From: Candidatus Hodarchaeota archaeon
GTDB taxonomy: Archaea > Asgardarchaeota > Heimdallarchaeia > Hodarchaeales > Hodarchaeaceae
Direction of reading: 5' to 3'
DNA: 60,501 bases
Assembly (NCBI GenBank): GCA_016839625.1
Contig: JAEOTY010000022.1
Span: 1-60,501 of the forward strand
The position numbers and the translations under genes were made by a program. The notes beneath the pieces are model-generated. The model was not told where the DNA came from. It made no database searches and was given only the letters and a program-made list of their open reading frames with translations. Positions 8,131-18,500 of the stretch are shown in pieces; the first letter of the stretch is position 1, and each line of letters begins with the position of its first letter.

Positions 8131-9537
8131 GTGTCTGACATTGAAATAAAAAAAGATACAAGTTCCCTAAGATACACGTTATTGATTGGACTTGGTTTTA
8201 TGACCACAGGTATTTCGTGGTCAATGTATAACACTTATGTACCCTACATGCTTGAGAAGACATGGTTTTTTAAGGAAAATGTTTATCTTGTTGTTTTTCC
8301 TGCTCTTCTCTTAGTAGGTTTCATTATGACGCTAGATAACATTGCAGCTTGGGTTATTCAACCATGGATAGGTGCAAAGAGTGATAACACATGGCACGCT
8401 AGGTGGGGAAGAAGAATGCCTTATCTCTTGATTGGGATTCCTGTTTCTGCTATAGCATTTGTAATTATTCCTCTCATGTGGTGGTTTATTCCAGGTGAAG
8501 AATTTCCTGGTGGATTGATTGCTTTATTATTGTTTATGTTAGCGATAAATGTGTTTAATGTCTTCATGGCCTCCTATCGTTCTCCAGTTGTTGCTCTTAT
8601 GCCAGATTTAATACCTCCTGAAGATCGCACAAAAGCAAATGGAGCAATTAATCTGATGGGTGGATTAGGAGCGGTAATTGCTTTCTTTGGTGGGAAATTT
8701 GTAGTAAATTTTGGACGTGGAATTGGAGAACCTCAAGGGCTAGGGGATGAATTTGGTTTCACATTCGGTTTTGCTATTACTGGCATTATCATGGTATTAG
8801 CTCTTGTAATTTTACAAATCACGATTAAAGAGTCTAAAACTCCTTTTGGTAAGGAAATTGAGGAAACAGTGAAATTGAAGGCTGCATTCAAAGAAGTTTT
8901 TATAGCTGAAGATAAATCAGGGATTTTTATTTTACTGGCGATTTTTTTATGGTTCACGGGTTATCAAGCGATGGAAACTTTTTTTTCTCTCTATGGTGTT
9001 TATACCCTTGACTTTGTAAATGTCGAGGATGCTGCGTTTTATCTAAATGCGTTTGCAATCCCGTTCTTATTGATGGCTGTTCCTGCAGGACTTATTGCTG
9101 TTCGTATTGGTCGTGCAAATACCATTAAAATCGGTTTAATAGGGATTCTAATTGCTCTAGCACCTCTAGCTTTTCTCCCAATGCGTTCACTAACTGACAG
9201 TAATCGGCCTTTTGCGTTGAATATCTTAGTTGTATGCCTAATATTTGGAGGTTTAAGTTGGGCGCTTGTGAACATAAATAGCATTGTGATCGTATGGGAA
9301 ATAGGAGGTGAAAAACGAGGAGCTTATACAGGTCTCTATTATTTCTTTAGTATGATGGCAGCTGTTGTTGGCCCACCTCTTGTTGGTTTAATGCTTTCGA
9401 TCATCAGTAGGTTGCTTGGAACTGTAGGTCAAGAAATGGATTTTCTTTTCTTAGTATCAGTGATCTTCTTGTTTCTAGCTTTCTTGTCAATGTTCAAAGT
9501 GAAAACAGGAGAGTTAGGCCGAAAATTAGGAGAATAA
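8131..9537 (+). CDS. MFS/GPH-type membrane transporter
   Basis: The 468-aa ORF has about 12 TM segments. The motif SDNTWHARWGRRMPYLLIG is typical of the GPH/SLC45-like symporter loop 2-3. Confidence 0.75.
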   Translation: MSDIEIKKDTSSLRYTLLIGLGFMTTGISWSMYNTYVPYMLEKTWFFKENVYLVVFPALLLVGFIMTLDNIAAWVIQPWIGAKSDNTWHARWGRRMPYLLIGIPVSAIAFVIIPLMWWFIPGEEFPGGLIALLLFMLAINVFNVFMASYRSPVVALMPDLIPPEDRTKANGAINLMGGLGAVIAFFGGKFVVNFGRGIGEPQGLGDEFGFTFGFAITGIIMVLALVILQITIKESKTPFGKEIEETVKLKAAFKEVFIAEDKSGIFILLAIFLWFTGYQAMETFFSLYGVYTLDFVNVEDAAFYLNAFAIPFLLMAVPAGLIAVRIGRANTIKIGLIGILIALAPLAFLPMRSLTDSNRPFALNILVVCLIFGGLSWALVNINSIVIVWEIGGEKRGAYTGLYYFFSMMAAVVGPPLVGLMLSIISRLLGTVGQEMDFLFLVSVIFLFLAFLSMFKVKTGELGRKLGE

Positions 9538-9636
9538 GCCATTTTTCTTCCTTTTTATCATTTTTCAGTCAAAATTGTCTTAAGTCCAGATTATTTCTTT
9601 CTTTCTTGATCAATAAGGCTTGTATTTTCATTCAAA

Positions 9637-10962
9637 TTATATGAAAACCAGTTCAAAAAACCAGATCATATCTTTCAGAAGTGAATATCCCGCATTTATT
9701 CCTCTTATTGTTTGCGGAACAGTGATTTTGAAATCTATCCCTTTGTTAGGTTGGCCTTTTGTGGTTATGATGCAGAGATCAGTGTCGGTAATTCTATGGG
9801 CTATTCCAGTATGCAGTTTGAGCTTGTCTATTATCTCTGGATGTCCTGAAATTGTAATATCTTTCCATGAATCACTCCAATCTGTTGACCGTGCTTTTTC
9901 TTGAAATTTGATTTGAAGTTCAAAAATTAGTGATGGAGAGAGAACTGAAACCATATTAAACTGGGCTAGCTCTTCACCTGGAAATGTAACAATAATTTCT
10001 TGCGCAGCTCTTGAAAAAGTTAATATTTTGACTTGTGAGGCTTCAAACTCTAGTTTTTTGACTTGATAGCGAATGGAGCTGAACAGTGATTGATAGGGGT
10101 TTTCAATGGATATTAGTTTCGCAGGAACTATTTCCTCTATTGGTTTATCAAAATCAGCTGAAATCTCCAAGTAAGATTCATCAATTTCAACAGGTTCTTC
10201 TTTTATCGATACAGCCTTTTCTGGAAAGGCATTTGACACTATTTGAATTTCCTTTTCTATTTTTGGGATCCGTAATGGCGGAGGAAGATCAATTTTTTTT
10301 CTTTTACGGATACCTCGCATGAGATAACCTGTTTCAGAAAGAGCGCCAACAGTTCCAAGGAGTATGTTATAAGCTTGAACAAAACTGTTAGAACTCATAG
10401 TTTCCATGCGTACTTGAATAACAGGGACATCCTGCACCCAACGAAGATCGAATCCTTCTAAATCAAAACTTCTAAGAATAAGTTTTCCTAAATCAGCCCG
10501 CATCAGCATGTTCTGTGCGAAAAGTGAATTCTCCGTTAAAATAAGAAATCGGTCATCAAACCTAGGAATACCTATTTCAACTTCTTTCCCGTGTCGTGAC
10601 ATCTTGTTCCATCTGGATTCGAGACTTAAAGATAGATTAAAGGGTTCATTATCTCCTTTTTGGTACTTGCGGTGATCAACTTCCCCTCTTAGGATTAAAT
10701 CTTGATCTGTTCGATTTGATTCTTTGTGAGTGACTACCTTCACTTCTACAAGTTTAAATGGACCAGCATCTCGAGATTGAATTATCGGGTCAGTTGAAAT
10801 GCCCCCATAATCAACAATAACAGTCTTGGAATACCGTCGACTTAAATATCGATAAACGTCTAAAGAAAAGTCTTTTTCAGCTTTTATGGATGAACGTAGG
10901 ATGAAGAAAATGAGGTATGAAATAACAAATACGAATATACCAATGAAGATGAATTCAAGCAA
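9637..10962 (-). CDS. Hypothetical N-terminally membrane-anchored protein
   Basis: The 441-aa ORF has one N-terminal TM (FIFIGIFVFVISYLIFFIL). I recognise no motif in the remainder. Confidence 0.5.
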   Translation of the reverse strand: MLEFIFIGIFVFVISYLIFFILRSSIKAEKDFSLDVYRYLSRRYSKTVIVDYGGISTDPIIQSRDAGPFKLVEVKVVTHKESNRTDQDLILRGEVDHRKYQKGDNEPFNLSLSLESRWNKMSRHGKEVEIGIPRFDDRFLILTENSLFAQNMLMRADLGKLILRSFDLEGFDLRWVQDVPVIQVRMETMSSNSFVQAYNILLGTVGALSETGYLMRGIRKRKKIDLPPPLRIPKIEKEIQIVSNAFPEKAVSIKEEPVEIDESYLEISADFDKPIEEIVPAKLISIENPYQSLFSSIRYQVKKLEFEASQVKILTFSRAAQEIIVTFPGEELAQFNMVSVLSPSLIFELQIKFQEKARSTDWSDSWKDITISGHPEIIDKLKLHTGIAHRITDTDLCIITTKGQPNKGIDFKITVPQTIRGINAGYSLLKDMIWFFELVFI

Positions 10963-11188
10963 CCAAAATCACCCATTTAAAATAATCCACGTGATTTAGC
11001 CTTTAGTTTATTATGATATAGCGGTTTTGTTCACCACTGCTTTGAGTCTATCTAAAGGAGACATTTGTGTCGAGAAAATTGAATATTTATAACTTGGTTC
11101 CAAATTAGTCTAAATCAGATTCTAGCCTCTTCTTGTGACACGTATTTTATGATATCATCAATATTTTACAGAAAAGAGTTGAAACTTA

Positions 11189-11479
11189 ATGAAAACACGG
11201 AGAGAAAAAATTATCAAGCTTCTTTCGGAGCATGAAGATATGACACTACAAGAATTAGCAGATTTGATAAACGTACCAGTGAAAACGGTTGTCCAAGATA
11301 TTGATTCAGTCAGAAAAACGATTAAATATGATAATAAGCGAATAGAAGTTCGTCCCGCAGTATGTTTGAATTGTAATTTTGTCTTTTCTGGTAGATCTCG
11401 GGTATCTGATCCTCACAAGTGCCCCGAGTGCCATTCTGAATGGATTGCTCCCCAAAAGTTCCGAATTTCCCCTTCCTAG
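11189..11479 (+). CDS. Small transcription regulator: HTH fused to a zinc ribbon (COG3357-like)
   Basis: KIIKLLSEHEDMTLQELADLINVPVKTVVQDI is HTH-like. It is followed by CLNC-x20-CPEC (four Cys). Confidence 0.6.
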   Translation: MKTRREKIIKLLSEHEDMTLQELADLINVPVKTVVQDIDSVRKTIKYDNKRIEVRPAVCLNCNFVFSGRSRVSDPHKCPECHSEWIAPQKFRISPS

Positions 11480-11565
11480 GCAACGGAGCATTTGAAATTG
11501 GGAAGGGGATTTTCTTTATCCTAATATCAACAGTTCTTAATATTCTAATAATCTATTCGTAAGGT

Positions 11566-12069
11566 CTAGATTTCATCTGATGTAGGTTGGTAGTTACCTT
11601 TGTATACTGTTTTATCATCAACAGCACTTATGAAAATCATCTGCGCAATCGCTACTGATACATGCAATGAAAAAGGCAGAGACGCGAGTAATAAAATTCG
11701 ACCACGATTATCTCCCACTCCTTGAAACCCTTTATCCCATATTCCCGAGAATACTGTAACCCCCATTCGCAAAAGGGTAGATCGTGGTGCAACAAATCCA
11801 ATAGCATTATTGGGGATGATGATTTCCTCTGCGACTTCCACTAAATAGGACCCTGGTCTTAACTCCCAGAAGTTATTGGTAAGCTTTAGTTCCAATAAGT
11901 TAGGATATTGTCTTTGTTTAATCTCGGAAGTTAATCTAACTTTTCCATCTAGCTGGAATAACCGTTTTATAGAGATGTCAATTCCATTGGGTTGAACAAT
12001 CCCCTGAGGGATGAACTGTTGTATTTTCACACCTGGCCAAACAGCAGGCATTGGGTGTTGCTGATCCAT
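11566..12069 (-). CDS. dut: dUTPase of the dCTP deaminase/dUTPase superfamily (archaeal type)
   Basis: The 167-aa sequence contains VQPNGIDISIKRLFQL, PGSYLVEVAEEIIIPNN and FVAPRSTLLRMGV..SGIWDKGFQG. This matches the archaeal Dut pattern. Confidence 0.7.
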   Translation of the reverse strand: MDQQHPMPAVWPGVKIQQFIPQGIVQPNGIDISIKRLFQLDGKVRLTSEIKQRQYPNLLELKLTNNFWELRPGSYLVEVAEEIIIPNNAIGFVAPRSTLLRMGVTVFSGIWDKGFQGVGDNRGRILLLASLPFSLHVSVAIAQMIFISAVDDKTVYKGNYQPTSDEI

Positions 12070-12339
12070 AATGATTATACTATCCTATGAGTGTGGGTGA
12101 CTCTATACCGACAAAATTAATTAGCAGGTTAAAAAATTAATAGTATTCTATAAGTGAAATATTTTCGTAAGGTACTTGTCTTTCTCGAAAGAAATTTATC
12201 TTTCTGAATTAGTCTTACTTAGCATTTCAGATTACATAGGTTAAATTACAAGCATATAGTTTTCAAGCGAATAGAAACAAATTAAAAGAAATCTTGTTTT
12301 TCGCGTTAAAAACAATATGGTTTAGGATGGTATAATAGA

Positions 12340-12984
12340 ATGGCTAATCGTAAATGGCATTTGATAACTGCAATGATTGTGTTTTTCATTTATTTAGTAA
12401 TCTATTGGTATTTAGATACAAACTTTATACCTGAACTTCCCGATATTGCTATATTATGGGTTGTAACAGCCTTTATCATGGCTTTAATAGGTGCAGAAGC
12501 CCCTGATTGGGATTTACTAGTAGGTTGGCTACATCATCGGGATATTAGTACTCATAGCATTTTTATTCCATTAGTTGTAACCATTGTTTTCCTCATTCAG
12601 AAATATATGACTCCTGATGATCCAGCGTTGGTACTAGCTCTTGTTTTCACCCCATTCTTCATTGGTTTTTCATCTCATCTTCTGTTGGATCTGTTCCCAA
12701 GTGTTGATCCAGAGAAGGAAGTAAAAGAAAAAGGTGTGACACACACTGCTGCATTGTTATTAGGTGGTCTGATTTCAGGATTAACTGGAGTCGAGACAAT
12801 CAAGGCACTTCAAGGAACATACTTGATTCATCTTCCGTTCAAGATGCCTGTAATGAGTGAAAAGAAAGGGAAAGCTTGGGAGATTCGAAGAACTCTACCA
12901 TTACACGCCTCTCGATGGTGGTTATTCTTTAATGGACTGATAACTGGACTCTTAGGGCTGCTCCTTCTTGTTATCCTTGTATAG
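12340..12984 (+). CDS. Membrane-bound metal-dependent hydrolase-like protein (YdjM/DUF457-like)
   Basis: It has multiple TMs, with APDWDLL and HHRDISTHS motifs resembling DUF457. Confidence 0.45.
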   Translation: MANRKWHLITAMIVFFIYLVIYWYLDTNFIPELPDIAILWVVTAFIMALIGAEAPDWDLLVGWLHHRDISTHSIFIPLVVTIVFLIQKYMTPDDPALVLALVFTPFFIGFSSHLLLDLFPSVDPEKEVKEKGVTHTAALLLGGLISGLTGVETIKALQGTYLIHLPFKMPVMSEKKGKAWEIRRTLPLHASRWWLFFNGLITGLLGLLLLVILV

Positions 12985-13050
12985 GGTTAAAAAGCCCATT
13001 TTCTTTTTTTTCTCAAAAACTAGAATCCTTAATATTTTCGAGTGGGGATT

Positions 13051-14250
13051 TTACGATTCTAAAACCTTTGTGATTATGTTTAAAGCCCAATCTATTTCTT
13101 CTTTAGTGATAACAAGTGGAGGAGCGAAGCGAATCGCAAAATCGTGTGTCTCTTTTGCTAAAATGCCTTCTTCAATGAGTTTTTCTGTATAGGGACGCGC
13201 TTTCTCATGCAATTCTACGGCAGTGAATAATCCCTTGCCTCGGACTTCTTTTATACGCGAATGGTCGATTTTTTGTAATCCTTCTAGAAAATATGAACCC
13301 AATTCTGCTGATCTCTGGTCTAATTTCTCCTCCACAAGAACGTCAAGTGCAGCATCACCCACAGCGCAAGCTAGAGGAAAACCACCAAAAGTTGAACCAT
13401 GTGATCCAGGAATAAAGACCTCCATAATTTCTTTTCGAGAGACCACGGCTGAGACAGGAAGTAATCCGCCTCCAAGCGCTTTACCTAATGTCATAACATC
13501 TGGAATTACTCCTTCATGTTGATGGCAGAACATCTTTCCCGTGCGCCCAAAGCCAGTCTGTATTTCATCTAGTATCAGGAGTACATTATTATTGGTACAA
13601 ATATCTCTAATTTTTCTCAAATAACCTTCTGATGGTACAATAACACCAGCTTCTCCTTGAATGGGTTCTACTAAGAAAGCAACCGTATTAGGAGTTATTG
13701 CATCTTTTAAAGCTTCAGGATCATTGTAGGGGATAACTATAAACCCAGGAGTATAAGGGCCAAAATTAGTATTAGCAAGAGGATCTGTTGAAAAACCTAC
13801 AATGGTTGTTGTTCTCCCATGGAAATTGTTTGCACAAACAATGATCTCCGCTTTGTCTTTTTCTACCCCCTTTACCTCGTAACCCCATCGACGCACCATT
13901 TTAATAGCTGTTTCAACGGCTTCTGCTCCTGTATTCATAGGTAATGCCATGTCAAACCCCTCACCACATACATCAAGTAAATGCTTCAGATAAAGACCCA
14001 TGCGATCATTGTGAAAAGCGCGAGATGTTAGCGCGACACGATCCAGCTGATCTTTTAATGCTTCAACGATTTTAGGGTGCGCATGACCCTGGTTTACCGC
14101 GCTATAGGCACTTAAACAGTCTAGATACTTCTTTCCTTCAACATCCCATACCCATGGTCCTTTAGCTTTGGCAATAACAACAGATATGGGATGATAGTTA
14201 TGCGCACCGTGAATAGATTCAATTTCCATATATTCTTTTGAACTGGTCAA
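13051..14250 (-). CDS. rocD: Ornithine aminotransferase (class III PLP aminotransferase)
   Basis: [60 protein letters not shown] and TLGKALGGG (PLP lysine context). Length 399 aa. Confidence 0.9.
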   Translation of the reverse strand: MTSSKEYMEIESIHGAHNYHPISVVIAKAKGPWVWDVEGKKYLDCLSAYSAVNQGHAHPKIVEALKDQLDRVALTSRAFHNDRMGLYLKHLLDVCGEGFDMALPMNTGAEAVETAIKMVRRWGYEVKGVEKDKAEIIVCANNFHGRTTTIVGFSTDPLANTNFGPYTPGFIVIPYNDPEALKDAITPNTVAFLVEPIQGEAGVIVPSEGYLRKIRDICTNNNVLLILDEIQTGFGRTGKMFCHQHEGVIPDVMTLGKALGGGLLPVSAVVSRKEIMEVFIPGSHGSTFGGFPLACAVGDAALDVLVEEKLDQRSAELGSYFLEGLQKIDHSRIKEVRGKGLFTAVELHEKARPYTEKLIEEGILAKETHDFAIRFAPPLVITKEEIDWALNIITKVLES

Positions 14251-14728
14251 CTCTATTACCTCAAAAACTTGATAAGCACAGTTTTAGCTTTGATTGGTTC
14301 TTATCAAGCGACGTATAAATAAATTATCCAAGTGGAAAGTTCCAGAACACTTCACATTATGAATACTTTTCCACACAAAAAATATATTCAGGCTTTGTTA
14401 CGCGGTATCAAATGTGCAGAATGCTTTCACAACAAGGATACTAGTCCAAAATTTTATAAGTTTTCAAGGTTCAATCTGGCGATGATATGACACGATAAAT
14501 CTCCCTGAAACCACAATAAATCAAAAACTTTTTTAGAGAGTGATACCCGAATGTACCTGTTTTAATATGCAGACTTCTGATCAAATTATACAGCAAATTT
14601 TACAACATACCGACTTTACAAAGGACGAAGTCTACAAAAGGATTAGACAACTTGAAGACTCTCTCCACTTTCATCCTGATGATAACTACGATTCTACTAT
14701 CCCCAAACTCCTTGTTTAAGAGTTAAAT

Positions 14729-16147
14729 GTGGATCTAGGTGATCCTACTGATTATCTATATACAGAACTAATTTTCGACAAAGACCCTTTCTTTATTAGA
14801 ATCATCCCTTTAGTTTCCATTGATAAAGAGAGAATTCAAGCCACACTACGGAAACCAATGGCTGATTTAGCTAGAGAATATTGTGGTTTTATGACTGATG
14901 ATTTTTTCCGTGTAGGGTTAAATTTCTTCAGTGAAAATAGTCAAAATCTTGTTGTTAGGGATGGAATCTTGTTTTCCTTCAAATCTTACAGGGACAGTTA
15001 CAATTACGTTACCGAAATCAGAGGAGGGGATGAAATCGAGGAGTATAGCCTCGAAGAGGTAATCAATCAAGCAGAACTGTATAGAACATTTACTGATTAT
15101 AGGATTGTCCAGACTGCAGATCGAGAGAAATCTTTTCTTCCTTATTCTGTTATTTGTAAAATCTTCAATGATCCTCCAGAATGGGCAATTATTGACACTG
15201 AGAACATTAAAGGATTCCTGAGATTTCCCTATATTACCCTTGAATCCCTTCAAATGACTCCAGATTTAAAAACACTCACAATCGATAACTTTTGGACAAA
15301 AGAAATTATCGGAACAGAGGCATTAAATTTCTGTCACAGTTTAGAAGAAATTAGTATTTTTGATGAAGGGCAGATCCTAAAAAAATTCGATTTTCCTAAG
15401 CGTTTACTCCTTCCAAATCTGAAAATACTAGAAATCATTGGTACTAGTCTAAAATATTTACAACTAACGTTCCTGCAAGACTCGCCTAATCTTCAGAGCA
15501 TAAATGTTGTACAAAACCTCCTTGTCAAAGAAATTGTCTTCCCACTCCTAGAAAAACATGCTTTGCTGGAGGAAATTCAACTTAGTAATAATCATCTAGA
15601 GTCCTTTGTGCTGCCTGACTTATTAAATTGCCCAAATCTGAAGGAATTAGCTGTAAGTAGGAATCATCTTCAACAATTAAACCTAACTCCACTACGTTCT
15701 TGCGTCAACCTTCAGAAATTAAATTTGAGCGCAAACCAGATCAAAAACCTAGACCTCTCTCCACTTCAACACTGCCTTAATCTTAATGAGTTTTTTATTA
15801 ATAATAATCGTATCGAGACACTAGACCTCACCCCATTGCAACACTGCAATCACTTGAGGTATTTTGATCTTAGCAGAAATCGGATAGAAAAACTAGATCT
15901 ATCTACTTTTCAACATTGTTCCAGTATAAAAGAAATAGCTCTTTCACATAACCTTTTGAAAGACTTGGATCTCTCCCCTCTTAAAGTACTTCCCAATCTA
16001 GAAAAAGTGAATTTAGCAGATAATCACTTGGAAGTCATTGACCTGTTTCCCGTTCAACACTGCCCGTATCTTAAGACTATCGATTTACAGAATAATCCTC
16101 TTAAAAATATTCTCAATCAGAAGGATCTACCAGTTTTAAGATATTAA
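14729..16147 (+). CDS. Leucine-rich repeat (LRR) protein
   Basis: The C-terminal half holds about 10 units of about 22 aa, L..L.LS.N.L..LDL.PL..C.NL. Examples are LKELAVSRNHLQQLNLTPLRSCVN and LQKLNLSANQIKNLDLSPLQHCLN. The track start is GTG. An in-frame 50-codon ORF lies just upstream (see findings). Confidence 0.85.
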   Translation: MDLGDPTDYLYTELIFDKDPFFIRIIPLVSIDKERIQATLRKPMADLAREYCGFMTDDFFRVGLNFFSENSQNLVVRDGILFSFKSYRDSYNYVTEIRGGDEIEEYSLEEVINQAELYRTFTDYRIVQTADREKSFLPYSVICKIFNDPPEWAIIDTENIKGFLRFPYITLESLQMTPDLKTLTIDNFWTKEIIGTEALNFCHSLEEISIFDEGQILKKFDFPKRLLLPNLKILEIIGTSLKYLQLTFLQDSPNLQSINVVQNLLVKEIVFPLLEKHALLEEIQLSNNHLESFVLPDLLNCPNLKELAVSRNHLQQLNLTPLRSCVNLQKLNLSANQIKNLDLSPLQHCLNLNEFFINNNRIETLDLTPLQHCNHLRYFDLSRNRIEKLDLSTFQHCSSIKEIALSHNLLKDLDLSPLKVLPNLEKVNLADNHLEVIDLFPVQHCPYLKTIDLQNNPLKNILNQKDLPVLRY

Positions 16148-16263
16148 GTTCGAGACAAAAACTTTGTCCAAATGCTTGAGAGTTTTTCAAAGTAAAAAAA
16201 TACATTCAGATTTACAAAAGCAGTATTCTTCAAATTTTCTTCCAACGCCAGATTTTGCGATAT

Positions 16264-16956
16264 TCAATCAAGATTTGCTACCCATTCGATTTCTAGCCAA
16301 GTTGAAAAGTTAGTACGATCCTTAGGATCATATAAAGGAAGAACAATGGAAGCAGGAAATAGGCATTCAAAACCAGCATTAGTACCACTCTGATTGTGGG
16401 GAAGGTGCCACCTTTCGGAAATAGTGGGAGAATGGGTACCTGCAAGTAATTCGATGGTCACGTTTTGGATTGAATATTTGTTCTCGGGATTTAAAGATAG
16501 AGAAACGGTAAAAGCATAATCGGAAGCAAAGGAGCCGTTAACAGCCGAAATAAGTATTGTCCAAGAAATACTTGCGTTTAGATTCTCTTGATTCACAATA
16601 AACTCCGTAAAGTTCTTGTGAGAAAAACAGACTCCAGTATATATTCCAGCATCAGTTCGCGTAAGGAGAAGGTGGCCAAAAGTAGGAAAAATGAAATTTT
16701 CGGTTTGATTATTAATATCCGCGTTGATTGTTGAAGATAAAGTACCGATTTGTCCCCAATCCGAGAGATTTCTGTCAATACAAATGGATTCAGAGGGAGA
16801 TTCAGGAATGTTTAAGAGAGATTGAAATTCATACTGAGTATAATGATTGTGAGCAATAAATTGACTTGCAGACTGTATGGATATATTAAGTAGTCTTTCA
16901 ATAGGAATATCTCCTTTTTTGTATCGAATATCAAATGCAGCGGTAGTCTCATTCAC
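16264..16956 (-). CDS. Hypothetical protein
   Basis: The 230-aa ORF has no TM and no motif I recognise. Confidence 0.4.
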   Translation of the reverse strand: MNETTAAFDIRYKKGDIPIERLLNISIQSASQFIAHNHYTQYEFQSLLNIPESPSESICIDRNLSDWGQIGTLSSTINADINNQTENFIFPTFGHLLLTRTDAGIYTGVCFSHKNFTEFIVNQENLNASISWTILISAVNGSFASDYAFTVSLSLNPENKYSIQNVTIELLAGTHSPTISERWHLPHNQSGTNAGFECLFPASIVLPLYDPKDRTNFSTWLEIEWVANLD

Positions 16957-17089
16957 AAAAGGGATGTTATTCGTTTTATAACTGAAATCAGCACAGCCCT
17001 CACCTTATTATAATATTATTTTTGATTCTCTTTTTGGCAACTATTTCATCTAGATACCTGTATTGTAGGTGTTGTTATAGATTTAAATA

Positions 17090-18100
17090 TTAAAATAATG
17101 GTTGATATGGAGAAAAAAATATAACAATAGGTATAGACAACCCTATACATAAAATAGTGTAGAGAACAAGTGTTATGACAATCTCATTGTCATTCTCTGG
17201 CCAACTTTTATTTAACAATACTCTAAGAGGAGTAAGTAATAAACCAGAAAAGATTTTGGGTAGGGGAATCATAAATGGAGTATGATTACGCCAATTTTCA
17301 TAACCTGATATTTTCTTCTCAATCATGCTATTTTCTTCACGCATTGCAATTCCTATTACACAAATTGCTGATAATAACCAGAACAGAGAAGGCACAGGGA
17401 GCCATCTCTCCAAGCCAGGCCGAAATCCAATTAGAATCATCATACCATAAGTTGCCAATAAGTACCCTAGATATTGAGGGTGTCGACAGTACCTATAAAT
17501 CCAAAAGTCCGTGAATTTACATCCTACAGATTTTCCTTCAAGCCAAGTCAAATTACCAAAAATAAACAAAAATACTCCTATTATCATAATGAGGAAAGGA
17601 AGTAGAAACTCTAATCCTCCATAGATTGTCAAATAGACTGGGAAGAAAATACAATCCCCAAGAAGTAATATCTCTGGGTAAGTTTCCGCGATTGGTAACC
17701 AGAGCATCAGTAAAGCGCTAAGACCAGCCAGCCATGTCATTGAAACGCTTAAATAGCTAAATGTTGGAAGAATTAGAGCTACTGAACCGGCGAATGATAG
17801 TTTAAATCGCTTAATGAGGAAGCCAATGATAATTAAACTTAAAAGCACAACCAATGCAATAAAAAAGAAAATTGGTATTTTTTCTATCCAAGCAACTTTG
17901 ATTGGGTCATTACCGTGATAAGTCCAAGGATCAGGTACAAGTGTTATCATGATGTATTGAAAAAAAACAAGGATTAAAATGGCAGCGAAAGCAAAAAAGA
18001 CATAAGTAAGGATCATTGTTAGAATCAAGATAAAAATTATGAAAGATAACATTTCCTTTTTGGTAACAGGTTCAATCTTATCTCTCTCTTGATTTAGCAT
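17090..18100 (-). CDS. ICMT/PEMT-family integral membrane methyltransferase
   Basis: The 336-aa ORF has about 8 TMs. The C-terminal YRYCRHPQYLGYLLATYG matches the RHPxYxG signature of isoprenylcysteine carboxyl methyltransferase-family proteins. Confidence 0.6.
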   Translation of the reverse strand: MLNQERDKIEPVTKKEMLSFIIFILILTMILTYVFFAFAAILILVFFQYIMITLVPDPWTYHGNDPIKVAWIEKIPIFFFIALVVLLSLIIIGFLIKRFKLSFAGSVALILPTFSYLSVSMTWLAGLSALLMLWLPIAETYPEILLLGDCIFFPVYLTIYGGLEFLLPFLIMIIGVFLFIFGNLTWLEGKSVGCKFTDFWIYRYCRHPQYLGYLLATYGMMILIGFRPGLERWLPVPSLFWLLSAICVIGIAMREENSMIEKKISGYENWRNHTPFMIPLPKIFSGLLLTPLRVLLNKSWPENDNEIVITLVLYTILCIGLSIPIVIFFSPYQPLF

Positions 18101-18500
18101 GGAATCAACAATTTTACAACCATTGGCGCTGTTGATCTCGGAGAATTTACTTATGATTGGGGAATACGTAGTGCTGTTTTTAATGAAGATCCTATTGGGA
18201 ATTTTCCTTTGTTTTTACAAAATTTTGTTTCAATGGCTTTCTTTGCACCTGCGATAATCAACCCACTCGCGCCATATGTTGTTTGGTTGATTATGGGTTT
18301 ATTTCTTTGTATTCTCAATTCCATCAGTTTATTTAAAACATTCTCCAAGTGAATGTGCTGAAATGTTTATTCTCGAAAACTGACTTTTTTCTCTTTTACT
18401 TGGGATAGTACAGGTTTATTGCTAACGAAGTATTTCAGATTTTTTTCAAAGCCTTTTTTTAGAATTCTGCAAAGAAAACCTTCTTAATGGTTGTAAAACT

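Noticed and set aside
7749-8234. ORFs 7749..7976 (+) and 8022..8234 (-) in the 585-bp gap before the second MFS gene. An untracked 45-codon minus-strand ORF (about 7921 to 7784, MITDSGRNFKVLFPVSTICFVVAFVMMFGV...) has one TM helix.
   Set aside because: None has a recognisable motif. They overlap one another in different frames in AT-rich DNA, and I cannot tell from sequence alone which, if any, is real. The small TM ORF is the most protein-like but remains unsupported.
14478-14512. Possible C/D box sRNA: gatgata (C-box-like) followed about 20 nt later by ctga (D-box-like).
   Set aside because: The C box is not canonical (RUGAUGA). There is no C'/D' pair or second guide region, no terminal stem, and the spacing is too short for a complete archaeal C/D sRNA.
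18151-18348. A 65-aa minus-strand ORF downstream of... actually upstream of the ICMT-like gene.
   Set aside because: It has a TTG start, no motif and no TM, and a basic low-complexity composition. It could be a real small protein co-transcribed with 17090..18100, but I cannot support it from sequence.
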